Below, piece by piece: positions 1 through 13,669 of a DNA stretch of 64,000 nt. How positions within the stretch are numbered: position 1 is the first letter of the stretch; each line of letters opens with the position of its first letter. This DNA comes from Malacoraja senta (taxonomy: Eukaryota): positions 170,562,001 to 170,626,000 of the forward strand of contig CM075977.1 of assembly GCA_038087875.1 (NCBI GenBank). Reading direction: 5' to 3'. The position numbers and the translations under genes are program-made. The notes beneath the pieces are model-generated. The model ran no database searches and was not told the DNA's origin. It saw nothing but the letters and a program-made list of their open reading frames with translations.

Positions 1-315
1 AAAAAACGGGATGAGGTCCTACAAGGCGAATTTAGGGAGCTAGGCGATAAACTTAAAAGTAGGACCTCAAAGGTAATAATCTCTGGATTATTGCCAGTGC
101 CACGTGCTAGTCAGAGTAGAAATAGGAGGATATTGCAGATGAATACGTGGCTTGAAAAATGGTGCAAGGGGGAGGGATTCAAATTTCTAGGGCATTGGAA
201 CCATTTCTGGGGGAGGTGGGACCAGTACAAACAGGACGGTCTGCACCTGGGCTGGAATGGAACCAATGTCCTTGGGGGAGTGTTTGCTAGTGCTGTCAGG
301 GAGGATTTAAACTAA
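1..315 (+). pseudogene. CR1 ORF1 C-terminus, SGNH/GDSL esterase-like domain
   Basis: ...ISGLLPVPRA...MNTWLEKWC..EGFKFLGHW..FW....YKQDGLHL...G..VL; DGLHL is the SGNH block V typical of CR1 ORF1 esterases. Confidence 0.85.
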
Positions 316-3298
316 TGTGGCAGGGGAATGGGAGCATGAGTAGAGAGACAGAGGGGTGTAAAATGAGGGTAGAAGCAACAGGTAGCAAGGTGAAAAGTAA
401 AAGTGGCAGGCAGAAAAATCCAGGGCAAAAATCAAAAAGGGCCACTTTTCAACATAATTGTATAAGGGGTAAGAGTGTTGTAAAAACAAGCCTGAAGGCT
501 TTGTGTCTCAATGCAAGGAGCATTCGTGATAAGGTGGATGAGTTGAATGTGCAGATAGTTATTAATGAATATGATATAGTTGGGATCACGGAGACATGGC
601 TCCAGGGTGACCAAGGCTGGGAGCTGAACATCCAGGGATATTCAATATTCAGGAGGGATAGACAGAAAGGAAAAGGAGGTGGCGTAGCGTTGCTGGTTAG
701 AAAGGAGATTAATGCAATAGAAAGGAAGGACATTAGCTTGTAGGATGTGGAATCGATATGGGTAGAGCTGCGAAACACTAAGGGGCAGAAAACGTTAGTG
801 GGAGTTGTGTACAGGCCACCTAACAGTAGTAGTGGAGTTGGGGATGGCATCAAACAGGAAATTAGAAATGCGTGCAACAAAGGTAAAACAGTTATAATGG
901 GTGACTTCAATCTACATATAGATTGGGTGAATCAAATTGGCAGGGGTGCTGAGGAAGAGGATTTCTCGGCATGTATGCGGGATAGTTTTCTAAACCAACA
1001 TGTAGAGGAACCAACGAGAGAACAGGCTATTCTAGACTGGGTACTGAGTAATGAGGAAGGGTTGGTTAGCAGTCTTGTTGTGCGTGCCCCCTTGTGCAAG
1101 AGTGACCATAATATGGTTGAGTTCTTCATTAGGATGGAGAGTAACAATGTTAATTCAGAAAAAAGGGTTCTGAACTTAAATAAGGGTAACTTTGAGGGTA
1201 TGAGACGTATGAGAGGGTATAGACTGGCAAGTGATTCTTAAAGGGTTGACGGTGGATATGCAATGGAAGGCATTTAAAGGCTGCATGGATGAACTACAAC
1301 AATTGTTCATCCCAGTTTGGCAAAGGAATAAATCAGGGAAGGTAGCGCATCCGTGGATAACAAGGGAAATCAGGGATAGTATCAAAACAAAAGATGAAGC
1401 ATACAAATTAGCTAGAAAAAGCAGCCTACCAGAGGACTGGGAGAAATTCAGTCCAGCAGAGGAGGACAAAGGGTTTAATTAGGAAAGGGAAAATAGATTA
1501 TGAAAGAAAACTGGCAGGGAACATAAAAACTGACAGCAAAAGTTTTTATAAATATGTGAAGAGAAAAAGATTGGTTAAAACAAATGTAGGTCCCTTGCAG
1601 TCAGAAACTGGTGAATTGATCATGGGGAACAAGGAAATGGCAGACCAATTGAATAACTACTTTGGTTCTGTCTTCACTAAAGAAGACATAAATAATCTGC
1701 CGGAAATAGCAGGGGACCGGGGGTCAAATGAGATGGAGGAACTGAGTGAAATCCCGGTTAGCCGGGAAGTGGTGTTAGGTAAATTGAATGGATTAAAGGC
1801 TGATAAATCCCCAGGGCCAGACAGGCTGCATCCCAGAGTACTTAAGGAAGTAGCCCCAGAAATAGTGGATGCATTAGTGATAATTTTTCAGAACACTTTA
1901 GATTCTGGAGTAGTTCCTGAGGATTGGAGGGTAGCTAATGTAACCCCACTTTTTAAAAAGGGAGGGAGAGAGAAAACGGGGAATTACTGACCAGTTAGTC
2001 TAACATCGGTAGTGGGGAAAATGCTAGAGTCAGTTATTAAAGATGGGATAGCAGCACATTTGGAAAGTGGTGAAATCATTGGACAAAGTCAGCATGGATT
2101 TATGAAAGGTAAATCATGTCTGACGAATTTTATAGAATTTTTCGAGGATGTAACTAGTAGAGTGGATAAGGGAGAACCAGTGGATGGATGTGTTATATCT
2201 GGACTTTCAGAAAGATTTCGACAAGGTCCCACATAAGAGATTAGTATGCAAACTTAAAGCACACGGTATTGGGGGTGCAGTATTGATGTGGATAGAGAAC
2301 TGGCTGGCAGACAGGAAGCAAAGAGTAGGAATAAACGGGTCCTTTTCAGAATGGCAGGCAGTGACTAGTGGGGTACCGCAAGGCTCAGTGCTGGGACCCC
2401 AGCTATTTACAATATATATTAATGATCTGGATGAAGGAATTGAATGCAACATCTCCAAGTTTGCGGATGACACGAAGCTGGGGGGCAGTGTTAGCTGTGA
2501 GGAGGATGCTAGGAGGCTGCAAGGTGACTTGGATAGGTTGGGTGAGTGGGCAAATGCATGGCAGATGCAGTATAATGTGGATAAATGTGAGGTTATCCAC
2601 TTTGGTGGCAAAAACAGGAAAGTAGACTATTGTCTGAATGGTGGCCGATTAGGAAAAGGGGAGATGCAACGAGATCTGGGTGTCATGGTACACCAGTCAT
2701 TGAAAGTAGGCATGCAGGTGCAGCAGGCAGTGAAGAAAGTTAATGGTATGTTAGCATTCATAGCTAAAGGATTTGAGTATTAGAGCAGGGAGGTTCTACT
2801 GCAGTTGTACAGGGTCTTGGTGAGGCCACACCTGGAGTATTGCGTACAGTTTTGGTCACCAAATCTGTGGAAAGACATTTTTGCCATAGAATGAGTACAG
2901 AGAAGGTTCACCAGACTGATTCCTGGGATGGCAGGACTTTCATATGATGAAAGATTGGATAGAATCGGCTTGTACTCGTTAGAATTTAGAAGATTGAGGG
3001 GGATCTTATAGAAACTTACAAGATTCTTAAGGGGTTGGGCAGGCTAGATACAGGAAGATTGTTCCCGATGTTGGGGAAGTCCAGAACAAGGGGTCACAGT
3101 TTAAGGATAAGGGGGAAGTCTTTTAGGACCGAGATGAGAAAATCATTTTTCACACAGAGAGTGGTGAATCTGTGGAATTCTCTGCCACAGAAGGTAGTTG
3201 AGGCCAGTTCATTGGCTATATTTAAGAGGGAGTTAGATGTGGCCCTTGTGGCTAAAGGGATTAGGGGGTATGGAGAGAAGGCAGGTACGGGATACTGA
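315..3298 (+). pseudogene. CR1 ORF2 (APE endonuclease + reverse transcriptase), fragmented
   Basis: ORF pieces 315-743, 747-1241, 1231-1482, 1556-1990, 2012-2236, 2184-2783 and 3035-3298 join into one EN-RT protein. Confidence 0.93.
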
Positions 3299-6200
3299 GT
3301 TGGATGATCAGCCATGATCATATTGAATGGCCGAAGGGCCGAATGGCCTACTCCTGCACCTATTATCTATGTTTCTATGTTTCTATGTTGGCATGGACTT
3401 GGTAGGCCAAAGGACCTGTCTCCATGCTGTATCTCAAAACTAAACTAAATTAAACATGTGGCAACTCTGCTCACTTTAGTGGAAGAATAGGGTAAATATC
3501 TTTATTTCCCTGTTTCTGTCTTCTTAAGTGCTGAGGTGATGTTTGCTTTTGCAGTGTGGAGGCCTAGAGTATGGAGTGGTCCAAAGCTGGACTACAACAA
3601 CAGCTGGTGACATGTGTTCTAAAGTTGTGCTGAGCATCTCTAGATTAATTTGTTCTCTGGCTACATGAAGCATCTGTAAATATTCTGAAGCCTTTTGCTC
3701 AAACCTCTCCTATCAGAGATGGAAATTGGACAGAAAAACAGATGCGGTATTTCATAATGTTTACTCTTTGTTTAACCTTTACAATCCTCTATTGTCTGTG
3801 GTGTTAATATATGAACTAAGAACTGCAAAACCTCTTGGTTGGATTAGGTGATTAGAATAATGGGCAAAAGTCATGCAATTCCTTCCCAACAATAATCTCT
3901 TTATCAATATAGTGGAGTGATTGTATACGAAAATAAAACATTTCCAGATTATTAAATAAACACTGCATTTAGACACAAATGTTGGATTTAACAGAAATTA
4001 TAGTTGAGGGGAATCAGTAATCCCAGAGGCAGAAATAGCTGAAAACAGTTGGATTTATTTGTGCAAATCACTGAAGATCACATGTGCCAAAGAAATTGCT
4101 GTTTACCAGCTGTAGAAACTTGTCCTTCAGAAACCGTAGGACAAGATTAAGACTGATTTAAATGAAATATATTGCACGCTAGTTATCTGGAGGTTGACTA
4201 CCATTCCACTCTCTAAAATGCCAGCAACAGACATTGAATTAAATCAGTGTGCACTCTGAGTGTCCGCATATGGTAGGCACCCAGGATCAAAGGTGAAGTC
4301 TACTTCCAGCCAATGCTTGTGTTGTGGGATCGAGCACAATCCCTGATGTGATTCAGCTGTGAAATAATAATGCTGGAATTGAGAAGGGCAAAAAAAAAAA
4401 AAGCCAAGAATACTTCTCTCAGAGGCCACAAACTGTTCATACAAATGGTTCCAGGTTTCACGGGGGAGAAATGCAACCTTTGTCTTCGCCTGGGATTTCT
4501 CTAAATTGCTTTATATCCAGAAGCAAACGACTGAATCCAAAATGCCCCCAAATTGACCGGTCTGAGCACTGAGCCATTTTGTGTTAATATTAGGAGCCTA
4601 CAGGGCAATGGACCCTGGTGCCGAGAAACTGGTTTGTGTGGGCTGTTTTTTTATCAGTGCTACATACATTTTAATTGTAATGGGACACAATTCCAACAAT
4701 TACCGGGTTGAACTGCACCACTGGATTTCCAATCCAACCCCTCAGACTATGAATTGTGCTTGTGCCAAATAGATAATGTATGTTGGGCACACATACAATT
4801 TCCCATTCTCCTTGAGAACTTTGCCTCAAAAATGAGGCTGCATCATCCTGATGCACTTCAATGTGAACACGCTTCAGGCACTGTGAGATTCTGCTGCAAT
4901 GATTCTTCCATGTACTTCCGTGCGGTAGAGAGGTAGAAAGAGTGAGGAGAAGACGGACTAAATCAAAAAGAAGCAATTAAATCCTGTTGTGCTTGGATTT
5001 TAACAAGTTTGAAATCAGCTAGGAGAAATTAGTGATATGTACCACCGGGGAGCAGGTATAATGGGTTTCTATTCAAATAATTATCCATTATATAACATGA
5101 GCAAATGTTAGTGAGGCCCATAGTCTGATTTTATCATGGTACAGGTTGAAACAAGATAGTACATGGCTCTGTGTTTAGAGTTTAAGATGGGTCAGAGTGA
5201 AATGTTCCATGAAGTCAGATCTGAAAGCAGTTGGTAAAATGGAGGCAAGTGCTATATGATGGAAGAAAGAAGATGGGTGTTTGAGGTGGGATGAACAAGA
5301 ATATAACTGCATCGTATGCAGGTTGCAGGAATCACAAAGCATTCATTGCAGATTGTTTTATGATTACTTCATGCCACCACATTCCCCCTACCTGGACTGT
5401 TCAATTTGGATAAGCAAAAAGACAGAGGCATCTGCATGGGTGGCTGGGAAAGAGGAAGGGTCATATGTGTTGAACAAGCAGAGGACTTGAGCTCATTGGT
5501 ATTTCCTGGAAAAAAAAACACAAGACCACCAGCATTACCTCACTTTTCATAATCATTTCAGTATGATGAAATGCATTATTGAGCTACTGCTGCCAAATTT
5601 CCTAATTTGTCCAGATTTCTTAACCATAAACTATTATCTTGCAGTATCAGACCTTTGGAAAACTTGTTATATATATGTGTTCAGTGCTGGAAGGTTTGTG
5701 TGCTGAACTAAATGTGGTGCATAAACATATAGATACAAGAAACAACAGATGTTGGTTTACAACAAAAAAAAAGAAAGTGCTGGAGTTACTCAGCAGGTCA
5801 GGCAGCATCTCTGGAGAACATGGATAGGTGTTGTTTCGGGTTGGGTCCACCCTTCGCCCACCTATTCCACCTACATTCCTTCCTCTTGCTTGAATATGAA
5901 ACTCTATCCTTTTGACTCCTGTGACTGTATCTGTAACTCCATGACTATGTGACATGATCTGTCCCATCTTGGGTTCCATTTGTGGTTCAAGTGACATTCC
6001 ATCAATGCCATGTTACAGATGAACTGTTGAAATTTTCACCCGACCCACCCCTCATCTGGTCTCTCAGATCCAACAGTACTACTTTGAACATTGTCACAGG
6101 AATTATCCCCAATGTTCTAGCAAAGAATTATAATCTGATTGGACATGTACTCAAAATGCTGTGACCAAACCAGGCTAAGGCCTGTTGATGGATTGTCGGA

Positions 6201-6669
6201 TTAGGTTAATAACGTTTTGTCTTGTCCAGACACTGTGGGTCAAATGGCCTCATTCTGTGTGTAAGTTTTCTTGTTTCAACATTTATCTCTCTATCAACAA
6301 TATTAAAAAGTCATTAATAAATTACTGCTCATGGGAGATTGCATATTCAAACTGGCTTCCGTTAGTTATTACAACAATGACTACACAACAATAAATCTTG
6401 ATTGGTGTTAAAGCACTTTGCCACATGTTTATGCAAGCACAAGGCTTTATTTCCTCCTCCCTCATGTTCCTGCTGTGGAAACATTTAATCTCCATCAATG
6501 TCAGTCGCTTTGAGAAAGGCTCAATAATCAGTTACTTTTATTAAGATCAGTGAGTTATCATTCACCTTGCTAGTAGTAGCCTTGCTGTTGGTATTTCCAA
6601 ATCATCTGCAAAACCAAAATATGTTTTGCTGACCAGGGTCAAAGTGACGGCTTAGTTGTACACATAGCT

Positions 6670-7860
6670 GGTGGGGCTGCACTTGGAGTATTGTGTTCAG
6701 TTTTGGTCACCCCCTGCTATAAGAAAGATGCCATTAAGCTGGAAAGAATGCAGAGAAGATTTCGAAAGAGACAAGAAATTGCAGATACTGGACTCTTAAT
6801 CAAAACACAAAATATTGGAGGAGCTCAATAGGTCAGGCAGCTTCTGAAGAAGGGTCCCGACCCAAAGCCTCACCTATCTATTTCCTTCACAGATGCTGCC
6901 TGTCTCACTCGGTTCTTCCAGATTTACGATGATGTTGCGAGGACCTGGGCTGTAGGGAGAGGTTGAGCAGGCTAAGGGGTTATTTGTTTGCTTTCAGGAG
7001 GATGAAGGGCCTGTTCCACTTAGGCTATTTTTTAGGTGACTCGAGGCTACTAGGCTGTCGCCACATGGTCGCTGGGGTGTCGCCTGTATGGTCGTGAGTA
7101 GTCTCCTCAGTCGCCCAAAGAGTCGTAGCGTCTTTCTGGTCGCCGTTGGATTTTCAACATATTCAAAAATTTTCGCCGACAGTCAGCAACAATGGGTTGA
7201 CGCCAATGAGCGTAGCTTGATTTCTCCCAACTTCGGCGAATTCCATAGGCGACTACCTACGTCCACCGCCGACTGAATTGTCTTCAGCTTGTAGCTTGTC
7301 GTAGCTTGTCGCGGGTCGATGTAGGTTGTCTTCGGTTGTCGTTGGTTCGCCTGTGTGGTCGTGGGTTGTCGTAGGCGTGGTCTTAGGTGGACGTCCTAAT
7401 GGGTCGCCGGTTGTCGGTAACTTGCCATAGCTTGACGTCGACTAGGTGGTAAGTTGTTGTAGCTTGTTGTAGACATATCTGGGACAGGCCCTTGAGTGGT
7501 GAACTTACAGAGGTGTATAAAATCATGAGTGGAATAGATAGGTTGAATGCATAATCTTTTTCCCAGGGTAAGGGGATCAAGAACTAGAGGGCATAGGTTT
7601 AAGGTGAGGGAAAACATTCAAATGAATCCCGAGGAGCCACTTTTTCACACAGTAGGCGGGAGTATATGGAACAAGATGTCAGAGGAAATGGTTCAGACAG
7701 GTACAATAACAACGTTTAAATACACTTGGACACATACATGGTTAGGAAAAATTAGATGGATATAGGTCAAGTGAGCGCACATGGGATTAGCAAAGAAGGA
7801 GCTTCTTGATCCACATGGACAAGTTGGGCTGAACGGCCTGTTGATTATGCTGATTATGAC
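6670..7860 (+). mobile_element. Old CR1 3' fragment, interrupted by a hammerhead/PLE repeat pair (~6770-6925) and a MITE (7006-7492)
   Basis: cacttggagtattgtgttcagttttggtc...; actagagggcataggtttaaggtgagggaa; sequence is collinear across the insertions. Confidence 0.75.
7006..7492. mobile_element. Non-autonomous TIR DNA transposon (MITE), probably PIF/Harbinger
   Basis: Termini AGGGCCTGTTCCAC...TGGGACAGGCCCT flanked by TGA (7003-7005) and TGA (7493-7495); interior made of GTCG/GTTG/GTAG motifs, CpG-rich. Confidence 0.8.
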
Positions 7861-8070
7861 TTCACCAAAGCCAATCCAATTGTAATGTGCTTTCAATGGG
7901 GCATATTTTATCCATCTCAAAGTGCACAGAGTAAACATGTTAACGTGATGGCAATGGTGTAGAAAAAAATTATCTTTTTTTTTCTGATGAAAGAAATCCG
8001 CAGTATAATCCACAGGTCACCAATTTTCATGACTTTCTTGAGATGACTTTGAGACTACTCCTCAAAGTCA

Positions 8071-8261
8071 TCAAAAACGTATCTACCTCCACTTTAAATA
8101 CTTCTAATGAGCTTGTTTCCACAAATTCCTGGAGCAGAGAATTCTTAGGATTAGAATGATTAGGATCACACTCTGTTAGAATCCTAGGAATTCTCTGCTC
8201 TAGGAATTTGTGGAAACAAGCTCATTAGAGGTATTTAAAGTGGAGGTAGATACGTTTTTGA
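8071..8261. repeat. Near-perfect inverted repeat (~80 bp arms) made from a CR1 3' fragment
   Basis: tcaaaaacgtatctacctccactttaaatac...aggatt / aatcct...gtatttaaagtggaggtagatacgtttttga. Confidence 0.9.
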
Positions 8262-8417
8262 AAGATTGTGGTGGGGGTGGGGAGGGTGGGGAGGGGGGGA
8301 GGGGGGGAGGGGGGGGTGGGAATTAAGGGCTGAGGGGAAATAGCACAGAAGATTTGATTCAGCTGTGATTATATTGAATGGTGGGGCAGGTTGAGGGACT
8401 CAGCGTCTGTTCCTGCC

Positions 8418-8695
8418 CCTGTCCCACTTAGGCGATTTTGTCATAGACTACAAGCGACTAGGCTGTTTTCACATGGTGGCGGGGGTGATGCCTGTATGGT
8501 CGTGAGTGGTCTCTTCAAGTTGCCTAAACATTCGCAACGACTTTGGGCTTGACGTAGCTTGTCTTCTCCTGTCGTAGGTGCTGTCGTAAGTTGTCGCCAG
8601 GATGACGCAGGTTGTTGCCAGGTGACGTTGGTTGTTGCCAGGTGCTGACTTTGGTAAATTCCATTGGTGACCACCTACGTCATCCTACGACACCA
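8418..8695. mobile_element. Partial copy of the AGGGCCTGTCCCAC MITE family (one end only)
   Basis: cctgtcccacttaggcgatttt...gactaggctg...gcctgtatggtcgtgagt matches 7010-7105. Confidence 0.7.
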
Positions 8696-9593
8696 CTGTA
8701 TATACCACAACAGGTGCAAGGAGAACTGAGGTCAAGAAAAATGACACAGTTGCAGAACAATTACTAAATCCCCACATCACTGTTTTTGATATTTCATAAT
8801 AATTCAACACAGTAATGGACAAAAACATGGCACCATACATTCTAATTTCTATGTTTTTATCTTCCTGAAAGCTTCACTTGCAATTAATTACTTTGATTAA
8901 GCCAATAAATCAGCCAGACATGCATTGTGAATCTGCAGTTTAACTTGTTTGCTGGAAGAAGTATACTGAACTGCTCGGGAGCACTGGATCCACCATGACT
9001 TTGGGACTACCCCACACCTAGTACTGGAGATCTGTACTCCAGAGCAAGCCAGGCCTCCACCTAAGCAGTACACAGAATGGTGCACCATCAAAATCTGTAA
9101 CTTAAAAAAGTGCTGGAGTAACTCAATGAGCCAGGCAGCATCTCTGGAGAACATGAATAGATGACCTTTCGAATCGGGACCCTTCTTCAGATTGATTGTA
9201 GTAACCTTATGGTTCAGCATGCCCCTCATTCTACCCTCAATATCCAGGTTGGGGAGCAATCCTAGAAGTACAGTAGAGGACTGCAAGCAGCCCCAGCACA
9301 GCTTTAAAAGATGAGATGGCCACCAGGTGAAGCTGCCATCCATGACTACAGCATTCACACAGCACAAACAGTATGCAATGGGCAGGGATAAATGGGCACA
9401 CGACCAGTGAGTTTGATCAAAGCCCTGGAATCCTTCCACATCTAGTTAGGAATGGTGGTGGACAATTAAATAGCTATCAGGAGGAGACTCCCAGAACTCA
9501 ATAATGGATTCCTCCTGAGATCCCCATCGTCACAGAGGCCCTTCATCACCGAGGTTCCAGCCAATCAGATTCCGTCAACAAGATATCATCCCA

Positions 9594-9975
9594 GTGGCAC
9601 TGCTGGTAGAGCTGCAGCCCCACAAGCACCAGAGCCCTGCATTCAATCCTGACCTTGGGTGCTGTCTGTGTGGAGTTTGATAATTCTCCCTGAGGCTGCA
9701 CAGGTTTCCTCCAGGTGCTGTGTTTTTCTCCAGATCCCAAAGACATGAAGGTTAATTGGCCTCTGTAAAAATTGCTCCAAGTATGCAGGGAATGTTTAAG
9801 AAAGTGGGATCAATTTTAGTTTAGTTTATTGCCACGTGTAGAGTGAAAAGTGAAAAAGTAGGGATTGGAGAGATTTGGATTGTGCTCACGAGGATGGGCT
9901 TAGTTTAATTTGGCATCATGGTCAGCACAGATGTTATGGGTGGAATGGTCTGTTCCTGTGGTGTATAATTCTTTG
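9594..9975 (+). mobile_element. tRNA-derived SINE (HE1/V-SINE-like)
   Basis: tggtagagctgc...ttcaatcctgaccttgggtgctgtctgtgtggagttt...caggtttcctccaggtgct: A/B-box-like head plus V-domain-like core. Confidence 0.7.
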
Positions 9976-10245
9976 CTCATGTTCGCAGCCATCAAGAGGA
10001 AAACCATTCTAGTTGGACTGATACCCTGCACAAAGGAAGATGGCTGTGATTGTTCAAGGCCAATTTATCCCCCTCCTAAGGTATTACTATAGGACTTTCT
10101 CTGAGCAGTGTCCATGGCAAACCACCTTCAGCTGCTTTACTATTGACAATCTTTCTATTGCAAGGTCAGTACTGGGGATGTTTGCTGCTGATTGAGTAAT
10201 GTTCAATTCTGTTCACAACTCAGCAAATCAAGCAACCTGTACTTA

Positions 10246-11146
10246 AAGGTACACAAAAATGCTGGAGAAACTCAGTGGGTGCAGCAGCATCTATGGAGCG
10301 AAGGAAATAGGTAACGTTTCGGGCCGAAACCCTTCTTCAGAATGATAGGGGGTGGGGAGAAGAAAGGAAAAAAGGAAAAAGGCGGAGGAGGAGCCTGAGG
10401 GCTGGGGGAGGGGAGGAGACAACCAGATGGCTGATGAAGGGGAGGGGACAGCAAGGGCTAGCAGAATTGGGAGAATTCAATGTTCAAACCCCCAGGATGT
10501 AGACTGCCCAAGCGGAATATGAGGTGCATTTCCTCCAATTTACGGTGTTGCTCGCTGTGGCCATGGAGGAGACCCAGGACAGAGAGGTCAGATACGGAAT
10601 GGGAGGGGGAGTTGAAGTGCTGAGCCACCGGGAGTTCAGGTTGGTTATTGCGGACCGACTGGAGGTGTTCGCTTGGTCTCACCGATGTAGATCAGCTGGC
10701 ATCTAGAGCAGCGAATGCAATAGATGAGGTTGGAGGAGATGCAGGTGAACCTCTGTCGCACCTGGAACGACTGCTTGGGTCCTTGAATGAAGTGGAGGGG
10801 GGAGGTGAAGGGACAATTGTTGCATCTCTTGCGGTTGCAAGGGAAAGTACCAGGGGAGGGGGTGGTATGGGAGGGAAGGGAAGAATTTACAAGGGAGTTA
10901 CGGAGGGAGCGGTCTTTGCGGAAGGCAGACATGGGGGGAGATGGGAAGATGTGGCGAGTGGTGGGGTCACGTTGGAGGTGGCGAAACTGACGGAGGATCA
11001 CTTGTTGTATGTGACGGCTGGTGGGGTGAAAGGTGAGGACTAGGGGGACTCTGCCCTTGTTGTGAGTGGGGGGATGGGGAGAGAGAGCAGTATTGCGGGG
11101 TATGGCAGAGACCCTGGTGCGAGCCTCATCTATGGTGGAGGAGGGG
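10246..11146 (-). mobile_element. 5'-truncated Penelope-like element (GIY-YIG endonuclease C-terminus + 3' repeat with hammerhead motif)
   Basis: Minus-strand ORFs ..PCNRKRCNNC..FTCISSNLIYCIRCSRCQLIYIGETKR and HFNSPSH..LEEMHLIFRLGSLHPGGLNIEF; 12-bp TSD AACCTGTACTTA at 10234-10245 and 11147-11158. Confidence 0.9.
10311..10340 (-). ncRNA. Minimal hammerhead ribozyme motif in PLE 3' repeat
   Basis: Minus strand CTGAAGA-A-GGGT-TTCG-GCCC-GAAACGTTAC: CUGANGA core, stem II, GAAA, palindromic AACGTT stem III. Confidence 0.7.
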
Positions 11147-12384
11147 AACCTGTACTTACATGCAGGACAACATCCTGGTACCAAGCACTGATCAAAGGAG
11201 AGTCTAACATTGAACTTGATGTTGAAAGGCTTTAATTATTTCCATTTTACTCCATCAACCACTTGCAGGAAGCAACGTTGATTAGAAAGACAACTGGACT
11301 GGGCACATAAATGCCATGGCCACACAGTGGTCAGAGCCAGAGCATCCCCGGCTGCAAGAGATCCATCTCCTGACACCCTAAAGGCTTCCCACCACCTACA
11401 AGGCACAGATCAGGAATATGCCAGATACTCTCCACTGGCCTGGATTAATTAACTGCCAACAACAATCAAGAGGTTCAACATTATTAAGGACAAAGCAGCC
11501 TTTATGCTTGACATGCCATCCACCAACCTAAACCTTCCTCCAACTCCTCCTCTCTCCAAATGTGAACATACCTGCTGTATATATTAACTACAAAGTACCT
11601 TGGCATTTGGTTGCCTCAGACCACAACTTCCTTATCCTGACCCTACTGGCAAGAGTGAGAAGGGCAGCAATTATATTGAAACACCATGACCTGTAGGTTC
11701 TTCTCGATTTCACGCACTCTTCTGAGCTGGAAATCTATTGCAGGATTCAAATCCTACAACTCCCCTACCCAGCAACATTGTGGAAATATTTTCACCTGAA
11801 GGACCTCAGAGGTTTAGGAAGATGGATCACCATCATCTTCCTAAGGGCAATTAGGGGTATTGATTGCTGGCCTTAGCAATGGTGCCTACATCTCAAAAAA
11901 TGACTAGGAAATAAAAAGATTCAACTTCACATTGATTACGTGCTTCTTAAAGTTCTTTTTTTCAGGAAAATTTCCAGACTTTTCAATAAAACAGAAGGGT
12001 TTTCAAAATGTGGGCATTCAGTGAAAATGCTGCAGGGCACGGTGCAATTATTTTTGCTCTTCAATTAATTTTAATGGAAGATGAAGTGTCCATCAGTGTC
12101 ACTCATACCAGGCAACAGTTTCAACATTCTATTGAGTTTTGGATGAAGATTTGGATGGATCATGAACGATCCAGCTTTCCTCAGGCAATAAGGCCCGCTG
12201 GAAGTCTGAGTGAATATGGTAAAAAAATTTGCTCCTTTTAATTACTCAGAAGAAATCCTGTTCACGTCTCCATGACCTTTCTTATGAGTTGTGCAGAATA
12301 AAATAGTCTTGCGAACTTGGCAGACAAATTGCATGCTTTGCTATGGCAAGTGTAGCAAAATGAAGTGTTGTTTTATAAAAAGCA

Positions 12385-12600
12385 AAACACAAAATGTTGG
12401 AGCACCACAGCGGGTCAGGCATCACCTGAGGAGGGAATGGACAGACCATGTTTCGGGTCGGGACCCTTCATCAGACGAGGGTCCTGACCCAAAGCATCGT
12501 CTGTCCATTCCGTCTGCAGAAGCTGCCTGACTTGCCGAGTTTCTCTCGCACTTTGTGCTTTGCTCAAGATTCCAATATCTGCAGTTTCTTATGTCTCCAG
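12385..12600. mobile_element. Inverted pair of PLE-derived hammerhead mini-repeats
   Basis: Minus strand CTGATGA-A-GGGT-CCCG-ACCC-GAAACATG (12448-12474, canonical CUGAUGA) back-to-back with a degenerate plus-strand copy. Confidence 0.75.
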
Positions 12601-13669
12601 TAGTGTTATAAAAAAAGGAGCATAAAACTGACAAGTTTCTTAAAGTTCTGCATTAACTAATCACAGAGAATGGATTCCAGCTTCAACATTATACTCCTTG
12701 GTATTGTCATTTTATTAGTGATAATTATCATGACACACTGTGTTTGGAATTTCTGGCTATCATTTTGTAATATTCATTACTATCTTGGGCATGCTTACAG
12801 TTTTTTGGGGCCACAGGAGCCAGAGTATGGTGTTGAATAACGTTCCCAGAAGGCTATTATATTGCTACATCGTTGACCTTACTAGTACAGAATCAGTTGA
12901 AAACAAATTACTACATACTGTATGACAGGAAAGTTTGTTAAAAATACTGTTTCCTACTCTGGTAACAATTAAAGGATTTCTACTCGAGGTAAAGGGGCCT
13001 GGAGTCATTGCAAAGTTGCATAACGAGTCCAGAGCTAAAATTAATCAACTCAAGGAAAGGTTGAAGAATTTCAAATGCAGATTTTATCCATCACTAATGG
13101 CACGTGTAATTTTTGCCCTGGTCGGAAAATACTTGTGCCAGACGTAGGCCATATCTTTCTGCATAGAACTTACAGGAGACTCTTAAAATTGATGTTCCCC
13201 ATATTTGGACATCAGATCTAATTTCTATTTTAGTTATACCTTTCTACCTTGTTGACTACCAGGGATCATTAAATGATATGGTTCCATTTTCAGTCTGCCA
13301 ACGCTATTATCTCACAAAAGCAGCATAAACACCCCTGAAAAGTCTTATCCACAATAATCTCTAAAATGAGCACATGAGGAAGAGGAAAAAGTGATTGCTG
13401 TTTGGAAGCCCAAGCACAATCAGCGATTTGAGGAAGTTGCAAAGCTGGTAACGTTGATATCAATCACATACTGATTTGAAACCATACTGGTTGGAGCTCC
13501 TAAATTCATGCTGGGTGGGAAAACGAGAAACTTGCATTTCAAAAGCATTTTTCAAGACACGAGTAGATTACTTTTAAAATGTTGACACATTCCATCCATG
13601 GAAAAACAGCTGTCAATTATTGAACTGCACTGTCCCCTATACAGTGCTGTGAAAGAATAGGACAACTTT

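Larger units (their letters stand above)
1..3389 (+). mobile_element. CR1-clade LINE, near full length (5' part outside window), disrupted by stops and frameshifts
   Basis: ORF1 C-terminus, then APE endonuclease (GITETWL, VYRPP, IMGDFN, SDHN) and RT ([18 protein letters not shown]), ending GEKAGTGY*; 3' UTR stem and (CTATGTTT)n tail at ~3367-3389. Confidence 0.95.
9250..11900 (+). mobile_element. Highly decayed CR1/L2-group LINE remnant, interrupted by a SINE (~9594-9975) and the PLE (10246-11146)
   Basis: RT-like remnants, e.g. gggatgtttgctgctgat (degenerate FADD) at ~10175-10195; the flanks of the PLE rejoin through its TSD. Confidence 0.5.
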
